Shown here piece by piece: positions 1 through 7,182 of a stretch of DNA of 25,722 bases. Each line of letters opens with the position of its first letter. Within the stretch, counting starts at the first letter, position 1. Position numbers and translations under genes: made by a program. This DNA is from a virus (Duplodnaviria > Caudoviricetes), in the IMG/VR virus record IMGVR_UViG_3300047308_000027, positions 1-25,722 of that record. One strand, given 5' to 3'. Below the pieces are notes generated by a model. The model was given only the letters and a program-made list of their open reading frames with translations. It had not been told where the DNA came from and searched no databases.

Positions 1-2
1 GG

Positions 3-161
3 ACACCATCTGCTCAGCGGCTTGACGTTGGCGGTTGGTATGACTCCTTTGTCGGACTTGAAACCCACAGCCTGACCTTGCGGCAGTTCTTTGATGAGCT
101 TGGCATCACCGAAAAGGATTGCGCCAAGGCGTTTAAGCAAACTTCTGGAGGCATTGCCTAA
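3..161 (+). CDS. 3' end of a hypothetical protein (5'-truncated by window)
   Basis: Frame is open from nt 3 (TPSAQRLDVGGWYDSF...KQTSGGIA*). Its TAA overlaps the next ATG (TAATG at 159-163). Confidence 0.6.
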   Translation, partial: TPSAQRLDVGGWYDSFVGLETHSLTLRQFFDELGITEKDCAKAFKQTSGGIA

Positions 162-309
162 TGACTGACAGAAACCTCACATACGAACTTTATTATACAA
201 ATTATATTGATATGGAGAATGGTGATGATGTAGAAAGTATTGATTATCGTTCTCTTATCCACATTCTCACAGAACTGATGAGCAGAATTGAGAAACTGGA
301 GGCATTGCC
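145..309 (+). repeat. 14-bp direct repeat CTGGAGGCATTGCC (145-158 and 296-309), each copy containing the SD of the next gene
   Basis: Exact repeat seen in the sequence. Confidence 0.85.
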
Positions 310-316
310 CGAGTGA
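161..316 (+). CDS. Small hypothetical protein, 51 aa (MTDRNLTYELYY...IEKLEALPE); not in the ORF track
   Basis: Read by hand. GGAGG SD at 147-151, TAATG coupling upstream, and GTGA overlap with the polymerase start downstream. Confidence 0.7.
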   Translation: MTDRNLTYELYYTNYIDMENGDDVESIDYRSLIHILTELMSRIEKLEALPE

Positions 317-882
317 ACCTAATCTTTGACTTAGAAACAGACGGTCTTTACGATGATGTTACCTGTATCCACTGTATCTGCATCCATGACCTCGTTGCTA
401 AACAAACCTTTGTCTTTAACGATACGGGTAGTGAGCAGCCTGTGGTTAAGGGTATTCAGATGCTTGAAGATGCCAATCATTTGATTGGTCATAACATTAT
501 CAGTTACGACATACCTGTAGTACGTAAACTCTTTCCTTGGTTCAATACAGAGGCAACTCTTCTAGACACTTTAGTCTTGTCACGCATCTATCACGCTGAC
601 CGAACTAATGAAGACTACGAGAACAGGAAACCCAAATGGTCGCACATGCCCCTTCAGTTAATTGGCAGACATTCTCTTGAATCCTATGGCTACCGCCTTG
701 GGGAATACAAGGGTTCCTTTGGTAAGACTACCGATTGGAAAGAATGGAGCCAGGAGATGGAGGATTACTGCTTGCAAGATGTGCAGGTTACAACAAAGTT
801 ATGGCACCACTTTCTTACGAAGATAAACTTAGAAAATCAAAAGAGCGAAACAAGAAAAACTTTGACGCCAACAAATTGTTAG
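313..882 (+). CDS. gp5: DNA polymerase (family A, T7 gp5-like), N-terminal 3'-5' exonuclease part of a split gene
   Basis: ExoI FDLETDG, ExoII GHNIISYD, HSLESYGYRLG and ExoIII YCLQDV are present. GTG start with GGAGG SD. Polymerase-like sequence ends near ...TKLWHHF (~813) and the frame then runs into the insert. Confidence 0.92.
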   Translation: MNLIFDLETDGLYDDVTCIHCICIHDLVAKQTFVFNDTGSEQPVVKGIQMLEDANHLIGHNIISYDIPVVRKLFPWFNTEATLLDTLVLSRIYHADRTNEDYENRKPKWSHMPLQLIGRHSLESYGYRLGEYKGSFGKTTDWKEWSQEMEDYCLQDVQVTTKLWHHFLTKINLENQKSETRKTLTPTNC

Positions 883-1124
883 TAGACGCGTTTAAGCTTG
901 AGAAAGGTTGCGCCAAATGTGGGTATAAGGGTCACCCATCGGCATTAGATTTTAACCATTTAAATCCTGAGGATAAGTCAGCTGATGTTTCCACTCGTCT
1001 CCAACAGTGGTGCTGGGCTCGCTTAAGGCAGGAAATTGATAAATGTGAAATCTTGTGTGCTAACTGCCACCGAATCTACAGCTATGAAAATCACTATACC
1101 CGATTGGGTACAACTGGAACATGA
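801..1124 (+). CDS. HNH homing endonuclease inserted in the DNA polymerase gene
   Basis: CxxC (CAKC), ALDFNH..P..K and EIDKCEILCANCHR form a Zn-binding HNH pattern. The likely start is ATG 801; the ORF track extends it to 735. Confidence 0.85.
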   Translation: MAPLSYEDKLRKSKERNKKNFDANKLLVDAFKLEKGCAKCGYKGHPSALDFNHLNPEDKSADVSTRLQQWCWARLRQEIDKCEILCANCHRIYSYENHYTRLGTTGT

Positions 1125-2346
1125 TGTTGCAACTATCCTCACCGAACAAGAATTATCCGGCTGGGCATTTGATGAAAGAGCTGCATGGGAACTTGAATCA
1201 ACTCTCCGACGAGAGCTTGAAACACTTACTCAATTACTTCGCGGAAGGCATCCTTACGTTGCAGGGTCATCGTTTAATCCAAAACGACCTAACAAGACAC
1301 AGGGGTACTTCACAGGGTGTGAGTCAACGAGGCTAAAGGAATTAAATCCATCATCCCGTGATCACATTGCTTGGATCTTTCAAACTTTTTATGACTGGAC
1401 ACCCACTGAATTCACAGACAAAGGTAAAGCATCAATTGACGAAACAGTCCTCAAGGAAATTGGAACCCCAATTGCCCTTCAGTTCTTCAGGGTACTTGAA
1501 CTCACGAAACAGCTTGGACTCCTCAGTGAAGGTATCAATGGTTGGCTCAAACTCGTACGCAATGGTCGGATCCACCACAACTGTAGTGTCGCCACTGCCA
1601 CTCACAGATGTGCCCACCGTAAGCCCAACCTTGCCCAAGTTCCAGCAGAAGAAGAGTTTAGAAAATTATTCATTGCCACGCCAGGATTACAAATGGTCGG
1701 GGCTGACTTGGCTGGGATTGAGCTGCGGATGCTTGCTCACTACTTGGCTCGTTTTGATGGGGGTCGTTATGCCGACATCCTCCTCAACGACGACATCCAC
1801 CAAGTCAATGCAGACAAGATTGGCATCTCCCGTAGGGCCGTAAAGACTGTTACTTATGCATTTCTGTATGGAGCTGGTGATGAAAAGATTGGGCTATCCT
1901 TCGATCCCTTGCTTCCCAAGAACAAGGCAAGAAAGAGGGGTAAGGAAATTCGTCAAGCATTTATGGATGCTATCGACGGTCTGGAGACCCTAGTTACCAA
2001 GGTAAAAGAGAAGGCAGCTGGTGGGTACATCAATGCTATTGATGGTCGAAAGATCAGCGTAGACGGTACTCATAAGGCTCTTAATTACTTACTGCAATCT
2101 AGTGCTGGTGTTATTGCCAAACGCTGGATGGTAACGGCACACGAGACTATTAACTCAGCAAATATAAATGCACGACAACTAGCTTTTGTGCATGACGAAC
2201 TGCAGTTTGAAACTAAACCCCAATATGTAGATGACCTTAAGTTCGCACTCCTTCATGCAGCTAAGTCTGCTGGAGAGTATTACCAATGTAGGATCCCAAT
2301 CGAAGCAGACGCTAAGTCTGGGATCAATTGGGCAGAAGTGCATTAA
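1084..2346 (+). CDS. gp5: DNA polymerase (family A, T7 gp5-like), polymerase-domain part of a split gene
   Basis: LEHDVA, NPSSRDHI, PNLAQVP, motif A GADLAGIELRMLAHY, motif B RRAVKTVTYAFLYGAG and motif C FVHDELQ are present. The frame is open from 1027 and the first ATG is at 1084, so the start is uncertain. Confidence 0.93.
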   Translation: MKITIPDWVQLEHDVATILTEQELSGWAFDERAAWELESTLRRELETLTQLLRGRHPYVAGSSFNPKRPNKTQGYFTGCESTRLKELNPSSRDHIAWIFQTFYDWTPTEFTDKGKASIDETVLKEIGTPIALQFFRVLELTKQLGLLSEGINGWLKLVRNGRIHHNCSVATATHRCAHRKPNLAQVPAEEEFRKLFIATPGLQMVGADLAGIELRMLAHYLARFDGGRYADILLNDDIHQVNADKIGISRRAVKTVTYAFLYGAGDEKIGLSFDPLLPKNKARKRGKEIRQAFMDAIDGLETLVTKVKEKAAGGYINAIDGRKISVDGTHKALNYLLQSSAGVIAKRWMVTAHETINSANINARQLAFVHDELQFETKPQYVDDLKFALLHAAKSAGEYYQCRIPIEADAKSGINWAEVH

Positions 2347-2659
2347 GTGTTCAGAGGTCAAGCCTATCACTTGTTTTGATCTATATCAAACAGGAGGGGG
2401 TTTAAGAAACACATGTCGAACATGTCGTTCAGACATGAGTAGGTTACGCCATAAGCTACGTAAACTTAACCCACCACCACCTTCTAGTGCTTGTCCAATT
2501 TGCCAAAAACATACTGAGGTCTGGATCTTGGATCACTGCCATACAACGGATTCTTTTCGTGGTTACATCTGCGATAGATGCAACCGTGGCTTGGGATGTT
2601 TTGGTGATGATTACGGAACACTTCAAAAAGCACTATACTATCTATCCACTAAACACTAA
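2231..2659 (+). CDS. Endonuclease VII-like (His-Me finger) free-standing nuclease with N-terminal Zn finger
   Basis: CIKC...CRTC, CPIC, LDHCH...RGYICDRCNRGLG.F.DD...L.KA..YL. The start is uncertain because the ORF overlaps the polymerase 3' end. Confidence 0.85.
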   Translation: MTLSSHSFMQLSLLESITNVGSQSKQTLSLGSIGQKCIKCSEVKPITCFDLYQTGGGLRNTCRTCRSDMSRLRHKLRKLNPPPPSSACPICQKHTEVWILDHCHTTDSFRGYICDRCNRGLGCFGDDYGTLQKALYYLSTKH

Positions 2660-2793
2660 TGGCGTCTAAGTCCAAAACAACTCTAAGCCGAAAACCATTC
2701 GAGTCAAGGGCCAAATACAAAACAACTAAACAGGGTAACGGTCTCCGTTCTAAACCCTCACATGGTCGCAAACTAAAGCGGGGTCAAGGATGA
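2659..2793 (+). CDS. Small basic protein, 44 aa (MASKSKTTLSRKPF...GRKLKRGQG); not in the ORF track
   Basis: Read by hand. TAATG and ATGA overlaps couple it to both neighbours, and it is very K/R-rich. Confidence 0.75.
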   Translation: MASKSKTTLSRKPFESRAKYKTTKQGNGLRSKPSHGRKLKRGQG

Positions 2794-3575
2794 GCTTGCT
2801 AATAGATGCAGACTTTATTGTCTACAAATGCTGCGCTTCAACTGAAACAGAGATTGACTATGGAGAAGATTTAATTGTTGTCACTTCAAACTTCTCAGAT
2901 GCCTACGACTTTGTGCAACGAGAGTTGTTCAAGATCGCACGTGACGTTGGAGTTTACGACGATACTATTCTTTTCTTTAGCGATAGCGTTAACTTCCGTA
3001 AGGGTATTGACCCTGATTACAAAGGCCATAGGAATCGTAAGAAACCTTGCGGTTATAAAAGGGTCATCAATGCGTTGAAGCTGGACTACCAAGTTGTTCA
3101 GTTGCCTACGCTTGAGGCTGATGATGCTATGGGTATCTGGGCTACTAAAGAGCCTGGCCATATCATCTGCTCCCCTGATAAGGATATGAGACAGATCCCT
3201 GGAGACTTGTATGACATGTCTACTGGAGTTGTCACAATCACCATAAAGGAAGGCTTCAACTGGCACTTGATTCAAACCATGGCTGGTGACCAGACCGATG
3301 GTTATGCAGGAGTTCCTGGCATTGGTATTAAGAGGGCTGTAGCTCTACTTGATTCAGATGGCTACACATGGGACACCGTATTACAAGCCTTTATTGATAA
3401 GGGTCTAACTGAAGATGATGCTCTTCGGAATGCCCGACTAGCAAAAATTCTTCAGAACGATGACTATGACCACAAACTCCAGCAACCAATCTTTTGGACC
3501 CCCACCTCCTCCAGTGATGGAGTTGACAGTGGAACAGAGCTTCAAATTGAGGAGACTACAGGATCTGCTGCCTAG
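2790..3575 (+). CDS. gp6: 5'-3' exonuclease (T7 gp6-like, PIN/FEN fold)
   Basis: LLIDAD, NFRK...YKGHR, LEADD, SPDKD and GDQTDGYAGVPGIG (H3TH) motifs. Confidence 0.93.
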   Translation: MSLLIDADFIVYKCCASTETEIDYGEDLIVVTSNFSDAYDFVQRELFKIARDVGVYDDTILFFSDSVNFRKGIDPDYKGHRNRKKPCGYKRVINALKLDYQVVQLPTLEADDAMGIWATKEPGHIICSPDKDMRQIPGDLYDMSTGVVTITIKEGFNWHLIQTMAGDQTDGYAGVPGIGIKRAVALLDSDGYTWDTVLQAFIDKGLTEDDALRNARLAKILQNDDYDHKLQQPIFWTPTSSSDGVDSGTELQIEETTGSAA

Positions 3576-3750
3576 TGCTGACAAGAAGGACATCATCACA
3601 GTCCTTATGGCTTTACAGCATCAAAACTTTGTACTCTCTAATTCAATCTCTAACCTAGTTAAAAAATGGCCATTACCAACATCACAGGCCCCAGCTACTA
3701 CAAACGTGGGCAAATCCAAGTTTGGGATTTCATCAGAGACCAAGAGCTGA
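3517..3750 (+). CDS. nblA: NblA-like phycobilisome degradation protein (possible N-terminally extended form from 3460)
   Basis: ELTVEQSFKLR...LQHQNFVL...LVKKW matches the NblA L(S/T)xEQxF two-helix pattern, and the size fits. It overlaps the exonuclease 3' end. Confidence 0.7.
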   Translation: MELTVEQSFKLRRLQDLLPSADKKDIITVLMALQHQNFVLSNSISNLVKKWPLPTSQAPATTNVGKSKFGISSETKS

Positions 3751-3983
3751 ACTTTCACCTTGGTAATGCCATCAAGTATATCTGCCGTGCTGGCTACAAA
3801 GAAGATCGAATTGCTGATCTAACCAAAGCAATCCATTACCTACAGAATGAACTTGAACATGAAATCCTCTTCAAAAAACAAGTCGAAGCTGAGCGAACAA
3901 GCCCAGGAGTTCAGGACCGCTTTCCGGGTGAGCAACAGTACAACTCCAGCTTCACGGACTACGCAACGGACCTTGATCGTTGA
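3666..3983 (+). CDS. DUF3310 family protein (T7 gp1.7-like putative nucleotide kinase)
   Basis: PSYY..G.I...DFI, FHLGNAIKYICRAG.K and DL.KAIHYL motifs. Confidence 0.8.
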   Translation: MAITNITGPSYYKRGQIQVWDFIRDQELNFHLGNAIKYICRAGYKEDRIADLTKAIHYLQNELEHEILFKKQVEAERTSPGVQDRFPGEQQYNSSFTDYATDLDR

Positions 3984-4254
3984 GGAGTTCAAAGAGTTTC
4001 TAGAGGCTGAAAACTTTCTATTTCGGAATGGAAAGGTCTTCCACGAAGAAGCCTTGAAAGAGTTAGCGGACCTTGTATATGTCTGCTACCAATACGCTAC
4101 CAATCTTGGTTGGGATTTGGATGAAGCACTAGACCGTGTCCATACATCTAATATGTCCAAACTTGATGTAGATGGTAAGCCTATCTATCGGTCTGATGGG
4201 AAAGTCTTAAAAGGACCAAATTATAAACCACCTACACTTACTGACCTCGTTTAA
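3859..4254 (+). CDS. MazG-like / all-alpha NTP pyrophosphohydrolase
   Basis: LIVEEFKEF, KELADLVYVCY, VHTSNMSKL and DGKVLKGPNY motifs. Start is 3847 or 3859. Confidence 0.85.
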   Translation: MKSSSKNKSKLSEQAQEFRTAFRVSNSTTPASRTTQRTLIVEEFKEFLEAENFLFRNGKVFHEEALKELADLVYVCYQYATNLGWDLDEALDRVHTSNMSKLDVDGKPIYRSDGKVLKGPNYKPPTLTDLV

Positions 4255-5645
4255 TGTCTGTACCACAAAAACAACTTATCGCTCGTACTGGACGGGTTCA
4301 ATCTTGGATTGATGATCCAACCAGCCGTCTTCCTGTCTCCTGTACTGTCTTCGTTGTGGAAGATGAGATGGAGGGGCCTAATGGTATTGAAGCTAGCTGG
4401 CGTTTTGCTAGCCATGCTCTTCGCTTTGGAGCTGGGTGTGCCATTCACTTAACCAAGCTTCGTGCTAAGGGGCGTGAGAATGGTAAGGGAATGGTTTCTT
4501 CTGGTCCTGTCTCCTTTGCCAAGATCTACTCAACACTAAATGAGATCCTCCGTCGTGGAGGACACTATAAGAATGGAGCTATTGTATGTCATCTTGATAT
4601 TAGTCACCCTGATATCATTGAGTTTGTCAACGCTAGCCGCGCTGATCTGCCTTGGGTCAAGCGTTGCGTCAACCTTACTACTCATAAGTGGGGTGAAGCA
4701 ACCAACCAAGTAAAAACGGCAGTGCTTGCCGCAATTGCAAGGGGTGACGTATGGCTAAACAAATCTAGAGTAGACAAAGATGGAAATAGAATCTACGGAA
4801 ATGTCTGTCTTGAAGTTTACCTGCCCTCACGAGGCACTTGCTTGCTTCAGCACGTCAATCTGGGTGCCTGTGACATCGAAGACATCGAACCAGCTTTTGT
4901 TGCTGGTATGTCCGAGTTGTGTGCACTCCATTCGAAAACAGGTGTCGGTGAATCGGGGGAGTACCTAAGCCCTGAGGTTGACCGTCAGGTTGGTCTTGGG
5001 ATGCTTGGTCTTGCCAACCTTCTTGGTCGCTATGGAGTGACCTATGAAGCCTTCGGAGAAGCCCTTGAGGATCTCCGTGGCAATGAACCATATGAGCGGA
5101 CTGGGGCACATGTACTCGCTACTAAACTACAACGTGGAATTGAAGCTGCTGCAGAGGTGGCTCGTTATAGCGGGATGGTACGTGCATTTGCAATCGCACC
5201 TACCGCTTCATGTTCGTACCGCTACACCGACGCACTGGGCTTCACAACAACACCGGAAATTGCTCCCCCGATCTCTAGGCAAGTGGACCGCGATAGCGCC
5301 ACTTTTGGGGTTCAGTCTTTCAACTACGGCAATGTGGAGATTGCCAGTGAGGTAGGTTGGCAAAATTACAAGCGAGTAGCTGATGGTGTTATCCGCCTGT
5401 TGGATAAGACCGGGCTGTTCCATGGCTATTCTTTCAACTCTTGGTCTGACGTAGTTACTTACGATGAAGCCTTTGTTGAAGATTGGTTAGCTTCACCGCA
5501 GACCAGCCTTTACTATAGCCTCCAAGTTATGAGTGATACGCAAGACAAGACCAGTGCTTATGCCGGTCTTGAGGAAGCCGATATTGATTCGTACTTGGAG
5601 GACATTTTGAATGAATCTCCAATTACTTGTGATTGCGGCGAATGA
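4254..5645 (+). CDS. nrdA: Ribonucleotide reductase large subunit (compact cyanopodovirus class I type)
   Basis: PVSC, NVCLE finger loop (NxCxE), IAPTASCS, SLYY tyrosine dyad typical of class I, and C-terminal CDC. There is no room for an ATP cone. Confidence 0.9.
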   Translation: MSVPQKQLIARTGRVQSWIDDPTSRLPVSCTVFVVEDEMEGPNGIEASWRFASHALRFGAGCAIHLTKLRAKGRENGKGMVSSGPVSFAKIYSTLNEILRRGGHYKNGAIVCHLDISHPDIIEFVNASRADLPWVKRCVNLTTHKWGEATNQVKTAVLAAIARGDVWLNKSRVDKDGNRIYGNVCLEVYLPSRGTCLLQHVNLGACDIEDIEPAFVAGMSELCALHSKTGVGESGEYLSPEVDRQVGLGMLGLANLLGRYGVTYEAFGEALEDLRGNEPYERTGAHVLATKLQRGIEAAAEVARYSGMVRAFAIAPTASCSYRYTDALGFTTTPEIAPPISRQVDRDSATFGVQSFNYGNVEIASEVGWQNYKRVADGVIRLLDKTGLFHGYSFNSWSDVVTYDEAFVEDWLASPQTSLYYSLQVMSDTQDKTSAYAGLEEADIDSYLEDILNESPITCDCGE

Positions 5646-6079
5646 ACCCCATCAAGAAAATACTTAATGCCTTAAAGATTGAAAAGAAACCAAAGCCTCT
5701 TGATTATTTTGGTCCTGGCTATTCCAGTGAACCTCAACCTTCTTTGCCTGGCTACCCAGCTGGGCTTCAACCAGTTGTACCTGGCAATCTAAAGCTGATT
5801 GGTAGGCCAAGGGTTAAAGATGGAAACAAAACAGCTACTGTCCGTTCAGCTGGTCAGCTAGATGAAAGAGATGGGTTGGAGACAGTTTACCCAACTGTCG
5901 TAAATGGAAAGCTTGTAAGTCCTGAAGAAGGATGGAAGCATTACCTAAAGACTGGAGAACATATGGGTAAGTACGCTAATTGGCAAATTGGTGAGGAGGC
6001 CGGAATCTCCATACACAATGAAGAGCAACGGCGTTTAAATGCTGACCTTAAAAAGAAACTCAAGTCAACAGGAAAATGA
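5642..6079 (+). CDS. Hypothetical protein inserted between the RNR subunit genes
   Basis: ATGA overlaps at both ends (5642-5645 and 6076-6079). It has a Pro-rich N-terminus and a globular-looking C-terminal part (GNLKL..RP.V...TVRS...YPTV..G...HY.KTGEHMG). Confidence 0.8.
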   Translation: MNPIKKILNALKIEKKPKPLDYFGPGYSSEPQPSLPGYPAGLQPVVPGNLKLIGRPRVKDGNKTATVRSAGQLDERDGLETVYPTVVNGKLVSPEEGWKHYLKTGEHMGKYANWQIGEEAGISIHNEEQRRLNADLKKKLKSTGK

Positions 6080-6786
6080 ACCCTTATCAGAAACTACAAA
6101 ATAGAAAGCGTAAGTGGACTCCTGTACAAACCACTGCAGGAACCTTGGTGGAGGGTGCTGAAGAAACAATCTTCCGTGCCTTGGCCATGCGTCATATGGA
6201 ACTACCTGTTGGAGACTTTATACAAGATGCCCTTGGTGAAATTCCAGAGCTATCGCGGGACCTACTGCGATCCAATATCAAAGACGAAGAAAACCACGAT
6301 GTGGCTTTGTCTTACATCGCCAACGCTCTTGGCGTGGATGCAAAGGCTGAGGCCGAAGCGTTGCGACTTAGGAATGCTTGGACGGCGCATCACGATCACA
6401 CTGTCCTCAAAGCCATGGTGGCTGAAAGGTCAATCTTCTTTGTTCTACTCCCCTTCTTCCGCTTTAATGGTGACGCTGGTCTTAGAACAGTAAGTGCAGA
6501 TATTAGTCGTGATGAACAAATCCACGTTGCCGCTAATTCTTTGGTCTGCCGTGAGTTGGGCCTTATGGTCTCTCCAAGTCTTGACAAACTAAGGAAAGCA
6601 ACAATCAACTGGGTGATGCAACCATTGGGTAAGTCATCCAATAAATATCTTGATAAAAAATTTTGGCTAGATGCTAGTGATCGTCTGATGTACGAAGGTA
6701 AAGCACCTGAGTTGTCTGAGACTAAACGCGCACGTATGCCAGCATTCTTTGAACATGCAAACCCCAATCTCCCGCAATACGCTTAA
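6076..6786 (+). CDS. nrdB: Ribonucleotide reductase small subunit-like ferritin-fold protein
   Basis: Di-metal ligand pattern E(LPV)...DEENH...E...DEQIH, a C-terminal Tyr, and position downstream of nrdA. Confidence 0.8.
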   Translation: MNPYQKLQNRKRKWTPVQTTAGTLVEGAEETIFRALAMRHMELPVGDFIQDALGEIPELSRDLLRSNIKDEENHDVALSYIANALGVDAKAEAEALRLRNAWTAHHDHTVLKAMVAERSIFFVLLPFFRFNGDAGLRTVSADISRDEQIHVAANSLVCRELGLMVSPSLDKLRKATINWVMQPLGKSSNKYLDKKFWLDASDRLMYEGKAPELSETKRARMPAFFEHANPNLPQYA

Positions 6787-6943
6787 CCTTTTTGGTGAGC
6801 GTATTCAAAATGTAGTTGATGAGCTTGAGGATCTATTCCCAGCTTATAACCCTACACCACACGACGCCTATGAAACAATCATGTTTCGTGCGGGTCAACG
6901 CTCCGTAGTGGAGTGGATCAAACAACGTATCAGTGAAGACTAA
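6755..6943 (+). CDS. Small hypothetical protein at the start of the late region
   Basis: 62-64 aa ORF (…IMFRAGQRSVVEWIK…) coupled by TAATG to the next gene. Its position resembles T7 gp6.5. Confidence 0.7.
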   Translation: MQTPISRNTLNLFGERIQNVVDELEDLFPAYNPTPHDAYETIMFRAGQRSVVEWIKQRISED

Positions 6944-7182
6944 TGTGTTTCAATAGCCCCAAAGCTCCACCACCGCCTCCTCCCCTTACGCCTGCACCTC
7001 CTGCACCTCCTAAGCCTGACGCTCCTGCACCGGCACCTGCACCATTGCAACCAGCTGGAGCTGAGCCCACACTTAAGACTAAGCAGAGCAAGCGTGAGCA
7101 ACAAGGCAGCCTCAGTAAAGGTGCATCACAATTGAAGATTGGACTTAATACAGGAACTTCCGGTGGAGGTATGAACCTGTGA
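6943..7182 (+). CDS. Small Pro-rich virion protein (T7 gp6.7/gp7.3-like position)
   Basis: MCF start, Pro-rich tract, G.SQLKI motif, and location immediately upstream of the portal. Confidence 0.65.
   Translation: MCFNSPKAPPPPPPLTPAPPAPPKPDAPAPAPAPLQPAGAEPTLKTKQSKREQQGSLSKGASQLKIGLNTGTSGGGMNL

Noticed and set aside
814-1095. Group I intron or intein as the explanation of the polymerase insert
   Set aside because: The insert is wholly occupied by HNH codons and I could not find P/Q/R/S core elements. In-frame stops (880, 1024) exclude an intein. A covariance search is still needed for formal exclusion.
6960-7060. CCTGCACC-type short repeats
   Set aside because: They simply encode the Pro/Ala tract of the small virion protein and are not a CRISPR or DNA-level array.
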